Assembly: GCA_022844165.1 (NCBI GenBank)
Contig: JALHMH010000017.1
Coordinates: 1-64,000 of the forward strand
Length of the DNA stretch: 64,000 nt
Direction: 5' to 3'
DNA from: Lysobacterales bacterium
GTDB taxonomy: Bacteria > Pseudomonadota > Gammaproteobacteria > Xanthomonadales > SZUA-5
Below the pieces are notes generated by a model. That model had not been told where the DNA came from. It worked only from the letters and a program-made list of their open reading frames with translations, and ran no database searches. The first letter of the stretch is position 1. Each line of letters starts with the position of its first letter. The translations under genes were made by a program, and so were the position numbers. Below are positions 17,122 to 25,746 of the stretch, in pieces.

Positions 17122-19344
17122 ATGAAGCTGTCGCGTCACGCGTTGTCGGTTGCGATTGGTGCTGTCCTGGCGTCAGCGGTTGCCGCTCAAGAGAATGGTG
17201 AAGCGCAGCGGCTGGATGAGATTACGGTCACGGCACAACGCTATGAAGAGTCGCTGCAGCAGGTGCCGATTTCGATCACGGCGGTGAATGAAGAGCAGTT
17301 CGAGAAGTTTCAGATCGATCGGCTCGACAAGCTCGTCTACACGACCCCAAACATCATCATTGAGAACAATACCGGCACGTCCAGCGCGGCGAAGATCTTT
17401 TTGCGCGGTGTCGGCGCCGATGAGTCGCTGTTTACCGCCGATCCGGCGGTGGCCGTGTATATCGACGACGTCTACATCCCCAGGCAGACCGGCGCGCAAA
17501 TCGCGCTCTATGACATCGAGCGCATTGAGGTTTTGCGCGGTCCTCAGGGCACGCTCTATGGTCGCAATGCAACAGGCGGTGCGATCAAGTACATCACCAA
17601 GAAACCCGATGGCAATAACACCTTCACGGTCGATGGTGCGTTCGGCAACCTGGAGCGACGCGATCTGCGTGGCAGCGCGTACTTTGGCTTGAACGAGGCG
17701 GTCAGTGGTGGGGTCGCGGTCATGACGAAGAACCGGGAAGGGTATTCGACCAATCTGACCACCGGCGCCGATGTCAACGATCAAGAACTGCATTCGGCAC
17801 GTGCCACGTTGCGCATGGCGGCCAGCGATATCACCACCGTCGATGTTGCGCTGGATGTGGTGCGCGAACGCAATGGACCGGGTATGGCGAGCTGCGTTCT
17901 CTCGCGCCCCTTGTCCTTGCCGCGTCCGCCGATTCCGCCCGCTACGACACCGCCGGCGCCGTTTAACTATCCGGGTTGTGACACCGACGGCGATCCTTAC
18001 ACCTTGAGTTCCAATCTGCGCACGAAGAACGATCTCGATCAGTTCGGCGCTTCCTTGGTGAGCGAAACAGAGTTCGAGAATTTCACCTGGCGAAATGTGC
18101 TGGCCTACCGCGAAATGGACAATTTGTTGAATGGCGACTTCGACGGCCAGAACGCCGTCCTGTTGCACATCTTCCAGGACCAGACGCAAGATCAAAAGAG
18201 CTTCGAATCGCAGTTCGCCGGAGCGACAGGAAACTTGCGTTGGGTGATCGGCGGTTTCTACTTCGACGAAGCGAATGAGCAGCCGACGCAACAAAGCGTG
18301 TTTGCGCCGGGCGTTTTGGAACTGATTGTGCAGGACACCGATGCGTATGCGCTTTACGGGCAGGGCACTTTCGATTTCGAGAACGGTTTTAGCCTGACCG
18401 GCGGCTTGCGCTACAGCGACGAGACCAAGGACTTCTTCAAGAGCGCCACCTGTACCAACGGACAGGCCTCGCCCGACGGCAATGCGTTCCGCTGCGCGAA
18501 CGGCCAAACGGCGTATGTGACGCGTCGCGAAGACAGCTGGAGCAGTGTCGATTGGCGGGCGGCGCTTGACTATCGATTCAATGACGAAGTGATGGCCTAT
18601 GGCAGCGCTGCCACGGGTTTTAAGAGTGGTGGATTCAATGGGCGCGGTGCGATAACGCGAAGCGCGACCGGTGTGATCAGCGATGCGATTACTACAGTCG
18701 ACGAAGAGAATGTGCTGAGTTACGAAGTGGGGGTCAAGTCGACGTTGGCCGATGGGCGGCTGCGACTCAACGCCAATTACTACTACAACGACTACACCGA
18801 TCTACAGCTCACCGCGATCGATCCGAATGGCGCATTCGTCTTGCGGAATGCGGCCGATGTGACGATTCAGGGCATTGAGGTTGACTTCGCCGCACTGCTT
18901 TCGGAGAACTTTCAACTCACTGGCAACATTGGCACCATTGACGGCGAATATGACAGCGATCCTTCAGTTCTGGTCGCTGCAGGAACTCCAACGTTTCCAA
19001 ACGAACTGAAACAGGCGCCGGATCTGACCTGGAATGTCGGCTTTATTTGGGATATCCCCACGGAGGTTGGTGGCTTCACCTGGAGTGCCAACGCGCACTT
19101 TGCAGACGAGCACTACCAGAACGTCGCGAATTCGGAGCTGATCAAGACCGACTCGTACACGCTGGTCGATTCGCGTCTCTCCTATGCACCGAGCGACAGC
19201 AACTGGGAGGTCGCGTTGTTCGGTCGCAATCTCACCGATGAGGACTACATCACCGGCGGATTCGATATCGGCGCATTGGGCATTGCTGCGGCGTATTACA
19301 ACGTGCCGCGGACTTACGGCGCTGAGTTCAAAGTGTCCTGGTAA
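17122..19344 (+). CDS. TonB-dependent receptor
   Basis: Signal peptide, EITVTAQ TonB box, IEVLRGPQGTLYGRNATGGAI, PRTYG, C-terminal aromatic residue. Confidence 0.95.
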   Translation: MKLSRHALSVAIGAVLASAVAAQENGEAQRLDEITVTAQRYEESLQQVPISITAVNEEQFEKFQIDRLDKLVYTTPNIIIENNTGTSSAAKIFLRGVGADESLFTADPAVAVYIDDVYIPRQTGAQIALYDIERIEVLRGPQGTLYGRNATGGAIKYITKKPDGNNTFTVDGAFGNLERRDLRGSAYFGLNEAVSGGVAVMTKNREGYSTNLTTGADVNDQELHSARATLRMAASDITTVDVALDVVRERNGPGMASCVLSRPLSLPRPPIPPATTPPAPFNYPGCDTDGDPYTLSSNLRTKNDLDQFGASLVSETEFENFTWRNVLAYREMDNLLNGDFDGQNAVLLHIFQDQTQDQKSFESQFAGATGNLRWVIGGFYFDEANEQPTQQSVFAPGVLELIVQDTDAYALYGQGTFDFENGFSLTGGLRYSDETKDFFKSATCTNGQASPDGNAFRCANGQTAYVTRREDSWSSVDWRAALDYRFNDEVMAYGSAATGFKSGGFNGRGAITRSATGVISDAITTVDEENVLSYEVGVKSTLADGRLRLNANYYYNDYTDLQLTAIDPNGAFVLRNAADVTIQGIEVDFAALLSENFQLTGNIGTIDGEYDSDPSVLVAAGTPTFPNELKQAPDLTWNVGFIWDIPTEVGGFTWSANAHFADEHYQNVANSELIKTDSYTLVDSRLSYAPSDSNWEVALFGRNLTDEDYITGGFDIGALGIAAAYYNVPRTYGAEFKVSW

Positions 19345-19345
19345 C

Positions 19346-19395
19346 GCGCCGCAGACTTGCACCGGTGCATCTGGCGGGTGCCGCCTCTGCGGCGC
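19346..19395. terminator. Branched hairpin between convergent genes (terminator or REP-like)
   Basis: GCGCCGCAGA/TCTGCGGCGC stem enclosing TGCACCGGTGCA and GGCGG-gtg-CCGCC. Confidence 0.45.
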
Positions 19396-19442
19396 CTGTC
19401 GCGCAATTCAATCGCTGCCAGCGGCCCCGCTTCGACCTGCGG

Positions 19443-19862
19443 CTATTCCTCCCCCATGAATCGAAGCCTTGCCGCCGCAATCATCGGCGGCAAGGCGTGT
19501 CCCTGAGCCAGCGCAACCATGACGGTGTCGTCGCCGGCGATCGTTCCAGCCTGGCCCGGTAGTGGTTGGTGATCGAGCACAACCGCCAGGGCATTGGCAA
19601 ATCCAGGACGGGTGCGCATGATGATCAGGTTGGGCGGTGCGGCGATTATCGCCACAGCCGTCGGGCTGCCATCGCCTGGCGGGGCATAGCGTCCGCCGCG
19701 TTTTGTGATGCCCAGCCGAGTCAGGTGGCGCGAAAGCGTGGGTTGGCTGATATGCATGCCCATGCGCTCCAGGCCCTTCTGTAAGTCGTATTGATCGACG
19801 ATGCGTTCGTTGCAGACAAGATCCAGCAGTGTCTCATCCAGTTTGCTCGGCGTACGCGGCAT
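19443..19862 (-). CDS. argR: Arginine repressor
   Basis: SQPTLSRHL winged helix, RTRPGFA, GTIAGDDT arginine-binding motif. Confidence 0.9.
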   Translation of the reverse strand: MPRTPSKLDETLLDLVCNERIVDQYDLQKGLERMGMHISQPTLSRHLTRLGITKRGGRYAPPGDGSPTAVAIIAAPPNLIIMRTRPGFANALAVVLDHQPLPGQAGTIAGDDTVMVALAQGHALPPMIAAARLRFMGEE

Positions 19863-19883
19863 GGCTTGCGCTCGTGATGCGGT

Positions 19884-19918
19884 TTGCATAATATGCGTTC
19901 TTGTCGCATTTTATGCAA
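19884..19918. promoter_or_regulatory. Tandem ARG-box-like operators
   Basis: TGCATAATATGCG 19885-19897 and CGCATTTTATGCA 19905-19917 in the 60-bp gap between divergent argR and argD. Confidence 0.7.
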
Positions 19919-19922
19919 CGCA

Positions 19923-21056
19923 ATGAACGCGCTCCTCGATACCTACCCGGCTTTTCCTTTTGTGCTCGACAGTGGTTGCAACGACATGGTCGTGAGCGCC
20001 GAAGGCGTTGAATATGCCGATTGGTACGGGGGGCACTGTGTGACCATGACGGGTCATTGCCATCCGCATGTCGTGGCGGCCATTCAGGCGCAAGCGCAGC
20101 GGCTGCTGTTCTATTCGGCCGCGGCCAGGCTGGCGATTCGCGAACAGGCTGCCGAAGCGTTGATCGCACATCTGGCAGCCGCTGGTGGGCAGCGAGTTTT
20201 CTTCTGCAATTCCGGCGCCGAGGCGAACGAAAACGCGCTGAAGATGGCGATCAAGGCGACTGGGCGGATGCGAATTGCCGCCTTCGCAGGTGGCTGGCAT
20301 GGGCGCACGCTGTTGGCGCTGTCGGCCACCGACGATCACAAGATCACCTCGCCATTTGCGAAACTGCTGGTACCGGCTTTGCAGTTGCCATTTGCCGATC
20401 TCGATGTGCTCGCCGCGACTGATTTCGCCGACATCGCGGCAGTGATCGTCGAACCCATCCAGAGCATGTCCGGTATCCGCACGGCACCGCGCGAATGGTG
20501 GCAACGTCTTCGCGAGGTTACGGCGGCTGCTGGTACCTGGTTGATCATCGACGAAATTCAGACTGGGTTGGGCCGGGTGGGCACCAGCAGCGGTTCTGAA
20601 CTCTACGGCATACAGCCGGATGCGATGACCCTTGCCAAAGGCCTGGCATCTGGCGTTCCGATCGGCGCCACAGTGTTTTCCGCGTCGGCAGCGAGTGCCA
20701 TCGAACAGGGCGATCTGGGCAGCACATTCGGCGGCGGTCCGCTGGCGATGGCCGCATTGATCGCCACGCTGGAAGTGATCGACAACGAACGCTTGATCGA
20801 GCGCGCGGTATCGGTCGGGGGTCGCCTGAAGCGCTCGCTGATCGGCAACGCCGTCGACTCAGTGCTTGGAGAAGGACTGCTACTGGGGCTGCGTACGCGC
20901 GGCCCTGCGAAAGATCTCAAACAGCATCTTTTCGAGCGGCGCATGCTGGTTGGCGCATCCAGCGATCCGCATGTGTTGCGACTGATGCCGCCGCTGACGA
21001 TCAAAGACGAAACGATTGCGGCGCTCGAGTGCGCCGTCAAAGAATTTGGAGGCTGA
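19923..21056 (+). CDS. argD: Acyl-ornithine aminotransferase (class III PLP)
   Basis: NSGAEANE, VEPIQ, DEIQTGLGR, LAKGL, GSTFGG. Confidence 0.9.
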   Translation: MNALLDTYPAFPFVLDSGCNDMVVSAEGVEYADWYGGHCVTMTGHCHPHVVAAIQAQAQRLLFYSAAARLAIREQAAEALIAHLAAAGGQRVFFCNSGAEANENALKMAIKATGRMRIAAFAGGWHGRTLLALSATDDHKITSPFAKLLVPALQLPFADLDVLAATDFADIAAVIVEPIQSMSGIRTAPREWWQRLREVTAAAGTWLIIDEIQTGLGRVGTSSGSELYGIQPDAMTLAKGLASGVPIGATVFSASAASAIEQGDLGSTFGGGPLAMAALIATLEVIDNERLIERAVSVGGRLKRSLIGNAVDSVLGEGLLLGLRTRGPAKDLKQHLFERRMLVGASSDPHVLRLMPPLTIKDETIAALECAVKEFGG

Positions 21057-21060
21057 ACGC

Positions 21061-22059
21061 ATGCGCCACTACACACATATCAAGGATCTTGGCGTAGCCG
21101 GCCAGCAGAAACTGCTGAAACTGGCGGCCGATTACAAACGTGCGGAGCCAGGACCGATCCTGAAAAACAAGGTGCTCGGAATGCTGTTCTTCAATCCCTC
21201 GCTGCGCACCCGCACGAGCTTCGAAGTGGCCATGATGAAACTCGGTGGGCAGGCAGTGGCGTTGGAAGAGGGCAGTGGCGTTTGGAAGCTGGAAACCGAA
21301 GACGGCGCGCCGATGAATGGCGATAAAGCCGAGCACGTCCGCGAGGCCGCCGCAGTTCTATCGCGTTATGTGGATGTGCTGGGCGTGCGCGCGTTTTCGC
21401 GCGGCATGGGGCAGGCCGATGATGACTCCGATCGCGTGATCAATTCCTTTCGACAACACGCGCACGTACCGATGGTGAGTCTGGAGTCGGCGCGCGAGCA
21501 CCCGTGCCAGGGACTGGCGGATATGCTGACCATTCGCGAAAGCTTTGGGCAAACGCAGGGTGTCAACGTGGTTCTGAGCTGGGCGCCGCACGTCAAGCCG
21601 CTGCCGAAAGCCGTGCCGAATTCGGTGCTGTTGCATGCTGCTGCCGCGGGCTGCTCTATTACTGTCGCGCATCCGCCGGGGTTCGAACTCGGCGGCCCGG
21701 TACGGGAAGAGGCGGCGCAATATGCGGCTCAAAGTGGCGCCAGGATCCGCTATACCCATGATCAGCGCGAAGCGCTGAATGGTGCTCACGTAGTGTACGC
21801 AAAAGCCTGGGGGCCGGAGCCTCGGCAGAGCGAAGATGGGATCGTCGCATCGCCCGCGTTGCGCGGCTGGATGCCGACGCTCAAGCACTTTGAAGCGTGT
21901 ACCGACGACGCCATCTTCCTGCATTGCTTGCCGGTGCGTCGCGATGTCGAGGTTGGTAGCGATGTGCTCGATTCCGAGCGCTCGCGTGTCATCGATGAAG
22001 CCGAGAATCGAATGTGGGTGCAGATGGCGGCGCTTGCCTGGTTGTTCGAGCGCGCCTGA
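21061..22059 (+). CDS. argF': N-acylornithine carbamoyltransferase (ArgF'), N-succinylornithine type
   Basis: SLRTRTSF, HPCQ, HCLP; WKLE...GDKAEH and WAPH.KPLPKAVPNS loops typical of AOTCase/SOTCase. Confidence 0.9.
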   Translation: MRHYTHIKDLGVAGQQKLLKLAADYKRAEPGPILKNKVLGMLFFNPSLRTRTSFEVAMMKLGGQAVALEEGSGVWKLETEDGAPMNGDKAEHVREAAAVLSRYVDVLGVRAFSRGMGQADDDSDRVINSFRQHAHVPMVSLESAREHPCQGLADMLTIRESFGQTQGVNVVLSWAPHVKPLPKAVPNSVLLHAAAAGCSITVAHPPGFELGGPVREEAAQYAAQSGARIRYTHDQREALNGAHVVYAKAWGPEPRQSEDGIVASPALRGWMPTLKHFEACTDDAIFLHCLPVRRDVEVGSDVLDSERSRVIDEAENRMWVQMAALAWLFERA

Positions 22060-22155
22060 TTGCAAAGGGCAGAGCCGATTCGCTGCGCGAGCGCGTATCC
22101 GCCATTTGCGACCCACAAATTGGATCCCATTAGCCAGGAAACTAAAGAGAACACA

Positions 22156-23058
22156 ATGCCCTTCGCTGCCAATCCCTACGATGCGCTCAAAGGCCTGTCG
22201 AAATACTTGCGCCAGTTCCGTGGCAAAACCTTCGTCGTCAAGCTGGGCGGCGAAGTGCTGGACGATCCGGAATCGCGTCGCCGTGTGGTTGAACAAATCG
22301 GCGTGTTGTGGACGTTGTCGATCCGCGTGGTCGTGGTACATGGTGGTGGCGCGCAGCTCGACCAACTTTGCCAGAAGCTCAATTTGCCGATCGAAAAACA
22401 AGGTGGCCGCAGGGTCACGACCGCGCCGGTGCTGGATGCGGCGAAAATGGTGTTTAAAGGCGTCGCCAATACCGATCTGCTCGCAGAGATGAATCGTGTG
22501 GGTGTGCCGGGCGTCGGACTGAGTGGTGTGGACGCTGGACTCATCAAGGCAAAAAAACGTGCGCCGATTTATTTGGGCGAAGCCGACGGAAAACCGCAAC
22601 TGTTCGATTTCGGTTTTGTAGGCGACATCGAACAGGTCGACCCAACTTTGCTCGAACACCTGCTGGCTAAGGACTACGTTCCGGTCCTGGCACCATTGTC
22701 CGGGTCACCGGATGGCAGCGTGTACAACACCAATGCAGATACCATTGCCTCCCAGCTGGCTACGGTACTTGGCGCAGAGAAACTGTTTTTCGTGCTCAAG
22801 GTGCCTGGCTTGTTGAAGGACATGAACAATCCCTCGTCGTTGATCACCTTTGCGGCACTGTCCAAGCTCGACGAAATGGAAGCCCGCGGCGAACTGGGCG
22901 GCGGCATGCTGCCCAAGGCCGCTGCCATTCGTGGCGCGCTCAATGGCGGCGTCAAGTCCGTGCATATGGTCTCCGGCGTCCAGCCGGATGCGCTGCTTGT
23001 TGAGTGTTTCACCAACGAGGGCGCGGGCACGATGATCGTCAAGGACAACGAAGCGTGA
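22156..23058 (+). CDS. argB: Acetyl(acyl)glutamate kinase
   Basis: VVKLGG, VHGGG, YNTNAD, GGMLPK, EGAGT. Confidence 0.92.
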   Translation: MPFAANPYDALKGLSKYLRQFRGKTFVVKLGGEVLDDPESRRRVVEQIGVLWTLSIRVVVVHGGGAQLDQLCQKLNLPIEKQGGRRVTTAPVLDAAKMVFKGVANTDLLAEMNRVGVPGVGLSGVDAGLIKAKKRAPIYLGEADGKPQLFDFGFVGDIEQVDPTLLEHLLAKDYVPVLAPLSGSPDGSVYNTNADTIASQLATVLGAEKLFFVLKVPGLLKDMNNPSSLITFAALSKLDEMEARGELGGGMLPKAAAIRGALNGGVKSVHMVSGVQPDALLVECFTNEGAGTMIVKDNEA

Positions 23059-23166
23059 GTGCGTCGATCCGGTTCAGTACCAGACGATCGGCGACGAGTT
23101 GCGTGGAAGCGAGCGCAAGGCGATGAATGTCCGGCTCGTCGAGCGGCTGGCGGATGTGCGATTGCC

Positions 23167-24534
23167 ATGTCTCTGAATGATCCCGCACGTCCACTTTGGG
23201 CCAAAGGGCTGCCACTGGATGCCGTGATCCATCGCTTCACCGTGGGCGACGACCCGCGGCTCGATCGGGTGCTGCTCGCCCACGATTGTGTCGGTTCCGC
23301 CGCCCACGCGCGCGGACTGTTTGCTGCCCATTTGTTGAGCGAAGACGATGCGCGCGCGTTGGTGTGCGCGCTCGCGGAGTTGCATGGCGCCGCACGTCGC
23401 GGCGAGATTGAAATCACAGCGGCACAGGAAGACGCGCATACCGCAATCGAACACGCATTGGTGAGTCTTGTCGGTGAGGCGGGCAAGCGAATTCACCTCG
23501 GTCGCTCGCGCAACGATCAAGTGTTACTCGCGCTGCGGCTTTGGCTGCGCGAGCAAGTGGTTGCGACAGCACGCGGCTTGCAAACGCTGATCGAGGCGCT
23601 GCTCCTGCTCGGGGCAGAACATCAAGAGACGGCGCTGCCGGGTTACACGCACCTGCGCCGGGGAATGCCATCGAGCTTGGGACAGTGGGCCGCAGGCTAT
23701 GTCGAAGGTCTGTTGGAGGAGCTCGAAGCGCTAAACGGATTGTGGCAACGCATCGATCGTTGTCCGCTTGGTGCGGCCGCGGGATTTGGTGTGCCGTTGC
23801 CGCTGAAGCGCGAGTTGGTGGCGGAACTGTTGGGTTTTTCGCGCGTACAGCGCGCGCCAGTCGATGTGATGAACTCGCGCGGGCGGCACGAGCAGGCGTT
23901 GCTCGATGCGTTCGCGTCGATCGCGCACAGTTTGGAGAAGCTGGTCTGGGATTTGTCGCTGTACTCGACAGACGAGTTTGGTTTCGTGCGACTGCCGGAC
24001 GCATTCACCACCGGCTCGTCGATCATGCCGCAAAAACGCAACCCGGATGTGCTCGAACTGGCGCGCGCACGGTGTCGGGAGTTGCGCGGTCTGAGCGATT
24101 ACCACCGCCATATCGTGACTGGCTTACCCGGCAGCTATCACCGCGATTTCCAGTTGCACAAGCAGCCGCTATTCGCCGCCGCCGAAACGATGCCAGCCTT
24201 GCTCGATGTGTTGTCGCGATTGATCCCGGGATTGCAGTTCAACGCTGATGCCATGCGCAATGCAATGACCAGCGAGTTGTATGCAACGCACGCGGCGATT
24301 GCGCTGGTGCGCGATGGCGCGGCGTTTCGCGATGCGTACCGGCAGGTCGGTGGTGCCATCGCTGCCGGGGAATTCCAGCCCCCGGCTTTGTTGCCGGGCG
24401 ATGCGCATACGGGTGGTCTGGGCAAGCTCGAATTCGATGCCTATCGCAGAGAGCTGGCCATACTCGCGTCTCGTACCAACCAGCGCGAAACGATGCTGCT
24501 GGACATCGATCGCCAAATTTTTCTCTTGCCGTAA
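23167..24534 (+). CDS. argH: Argininosuccinate lyase
   Basis: GRSRNDQ, PGYTHL, GSSIMPQKRNPD. Confidence 0.95.
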   Translation: MSLNDPARPLWAKGLPLDAVIHRFTVGDDPRLDRVLLAHDCVGSAAHARGLFAAHLLSEDDARALVCALAELHGAARRGEIEITAAQEDAHTAIEHALVSLVGEAGKRIHLGRSRNDQVLLALRLWLREQVVATARGLQTLIEALLLLGAEHQETALPGYTHLRRGMPSSLGQWAAGYVEGLLEELEALNGLWQRIDRCPLGAAAGFGVPLPLKRELVAELLGFSRVQRAPVDVMNSRGRHEQALLDAFASIAHSLEKLVWDLSLYSTDEFGFVRLPDAFTTGSSIMPQKRNPDVLELARARCRELRGLSDYHRHIVTGLPGSYHRDFQLHKQPLFAAAETMPALLDVLSRLIPGLQFNADAMRNAMTSELYATHAAIALVRDGAAFRDAYRQVGGAIAAGEFQPPALLPGDAHTGGLGKLEFDAYRRELAILASRTNQRETMLLDIDRQIFLLP

Positions 24535-24546
24535 CGGACCCAAACC

Positions 24547-25746
24547 ATGTCGCAAAAACCGCTTTGCGTTCTCGCATTTTCTGGCGGCCTCGATACCTCC
24601 TTTTGTGTGCTGTACTTGCGCGAGCGTGGTTACGACGTGGCGACGGTCACCGTCGACACGGGTGGCTTCGATGCAGAGGAACTCGCGCGCATCGAGGCTG
24701 CCGCCAATCGTCTGGGCGCGATTTCGCATCAGGCGATCGACGCTCGCGGCGAACTTTGGCATGACTACTTGCGCTATCTGCTGTTCGGCAACGTGTTACG
24801 CGGCCAGCTTTATCCGTTGAGCGTTTCCGCCGAACGTGTGGCGCAGGCCAAACGAGTCGCGCACTATGCACTGGCCCAGGGCGCCCAGGCCATCGCGCAC
24901 GGCTCCACTGGTGCCGGCAACGATCAGGTGCGCTTCGACGTCGCGTTCCGCACGTTGTGCCCCGGCATCGAACTGATCACACCGATCCGCGAACTGGCGC
25001 TGTCGCGCGAGGCCGAAACGGCATGGCTTGCCGAACGGGGCGTTTCGATTCCCGCGAAGACCACGGCGTACTCAGTCAACGAAGGCATGTGGGGCACATC
25101 GGTGGGCGGTGGCGAGACGCACGATTCCTGGCGGCACTTGCCAGAAACTGCGTACCCGGGGGGCGCGGTCGATGCGACGCTGGCGCCGACAAAACTCGTG
25201 CTGGAGTTTGCGCAGGGCGTTCCAGTCGCTCTCGATGGGCAGGCGCTCGATGCGGTTGCCCTGATCGAAAAACTCAACGCGCTCGGCGATCGCTACGGCG
25301 TCGGTCGCGGCATCCACTTGGGCGACACCATTCTCGGCATCAAAGGCCGAGTCGGGTTCGCTGCCGCTGCGGCGCATATCCTGATCCAGGCGCACCGCGA
25401 GCTGGAAAAGTTGGTGTTGAGCGGCAAACAGCTGTTCTGGAAGGAATCGCTCGGCAATTTGTACGGCAGCCTGTTGCACGAGGGGCACTACTTCGATCCC
25501 TTGGCGCGCGATCTGGAGGCCTTTCTGCAGTCGAGCCAGCACAACGTCAGCGGCGAGGTACGGTTGTGTTTGTACCCACGCGCCATCGTGGTCGAAGGCG
25601 TGCGCTCGGCCCACAGTTTGATGCAGTCCAAAGTGGCCAGCTACGGCGAGGGCGCCAAGGCCTGGACGGGCGAAGAGGCACGTGGCTACTGCAAGCTGTT
25701 TGGCATCGCCCAACAAGTCGCGCTTGCAGCGCCGGAGGCGTCATGA
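24547..25746 (+). CDS. argG: Argininosuccinate synthase
   Basis: LAFSGGLDTS, HGSTGAGNDQVRFD. Confidence 0.95.
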   Translation: MSQKPLCVLAFSGGLDTSFCVLYLRERGYDVATVTVDTGGFDAEELARIEAAANRLGAISHQAIDARGELWHDYLRYLLFGNVLRGQLYPLSVSAERVAQAKRVAHYALAQGAQAIAHGSTGAGNDQVRFDVAFRTLCPGIELITPIRELALSREAETAWLAERGVSIPAKTTAYSVNEGMWGTSVGGGETHDSWRHLPETAYPGGAVDATLAPTKLVLEFAQGVPVALDGQALDAVALIEKLNALGDRYGVGRGIHLGDTILGIKGRVGFAAAAAHILIQAHRELEKLVLSGKQLFWKESLGNLYGSLLHEGHYFDPLARDLEAFLQSSQHNVSGEVRLCLYPRAIVVEGVRSAHSLMQSKVASYGEGAKAWTGEEARGYCKLFGIAQQVALAAPEAS

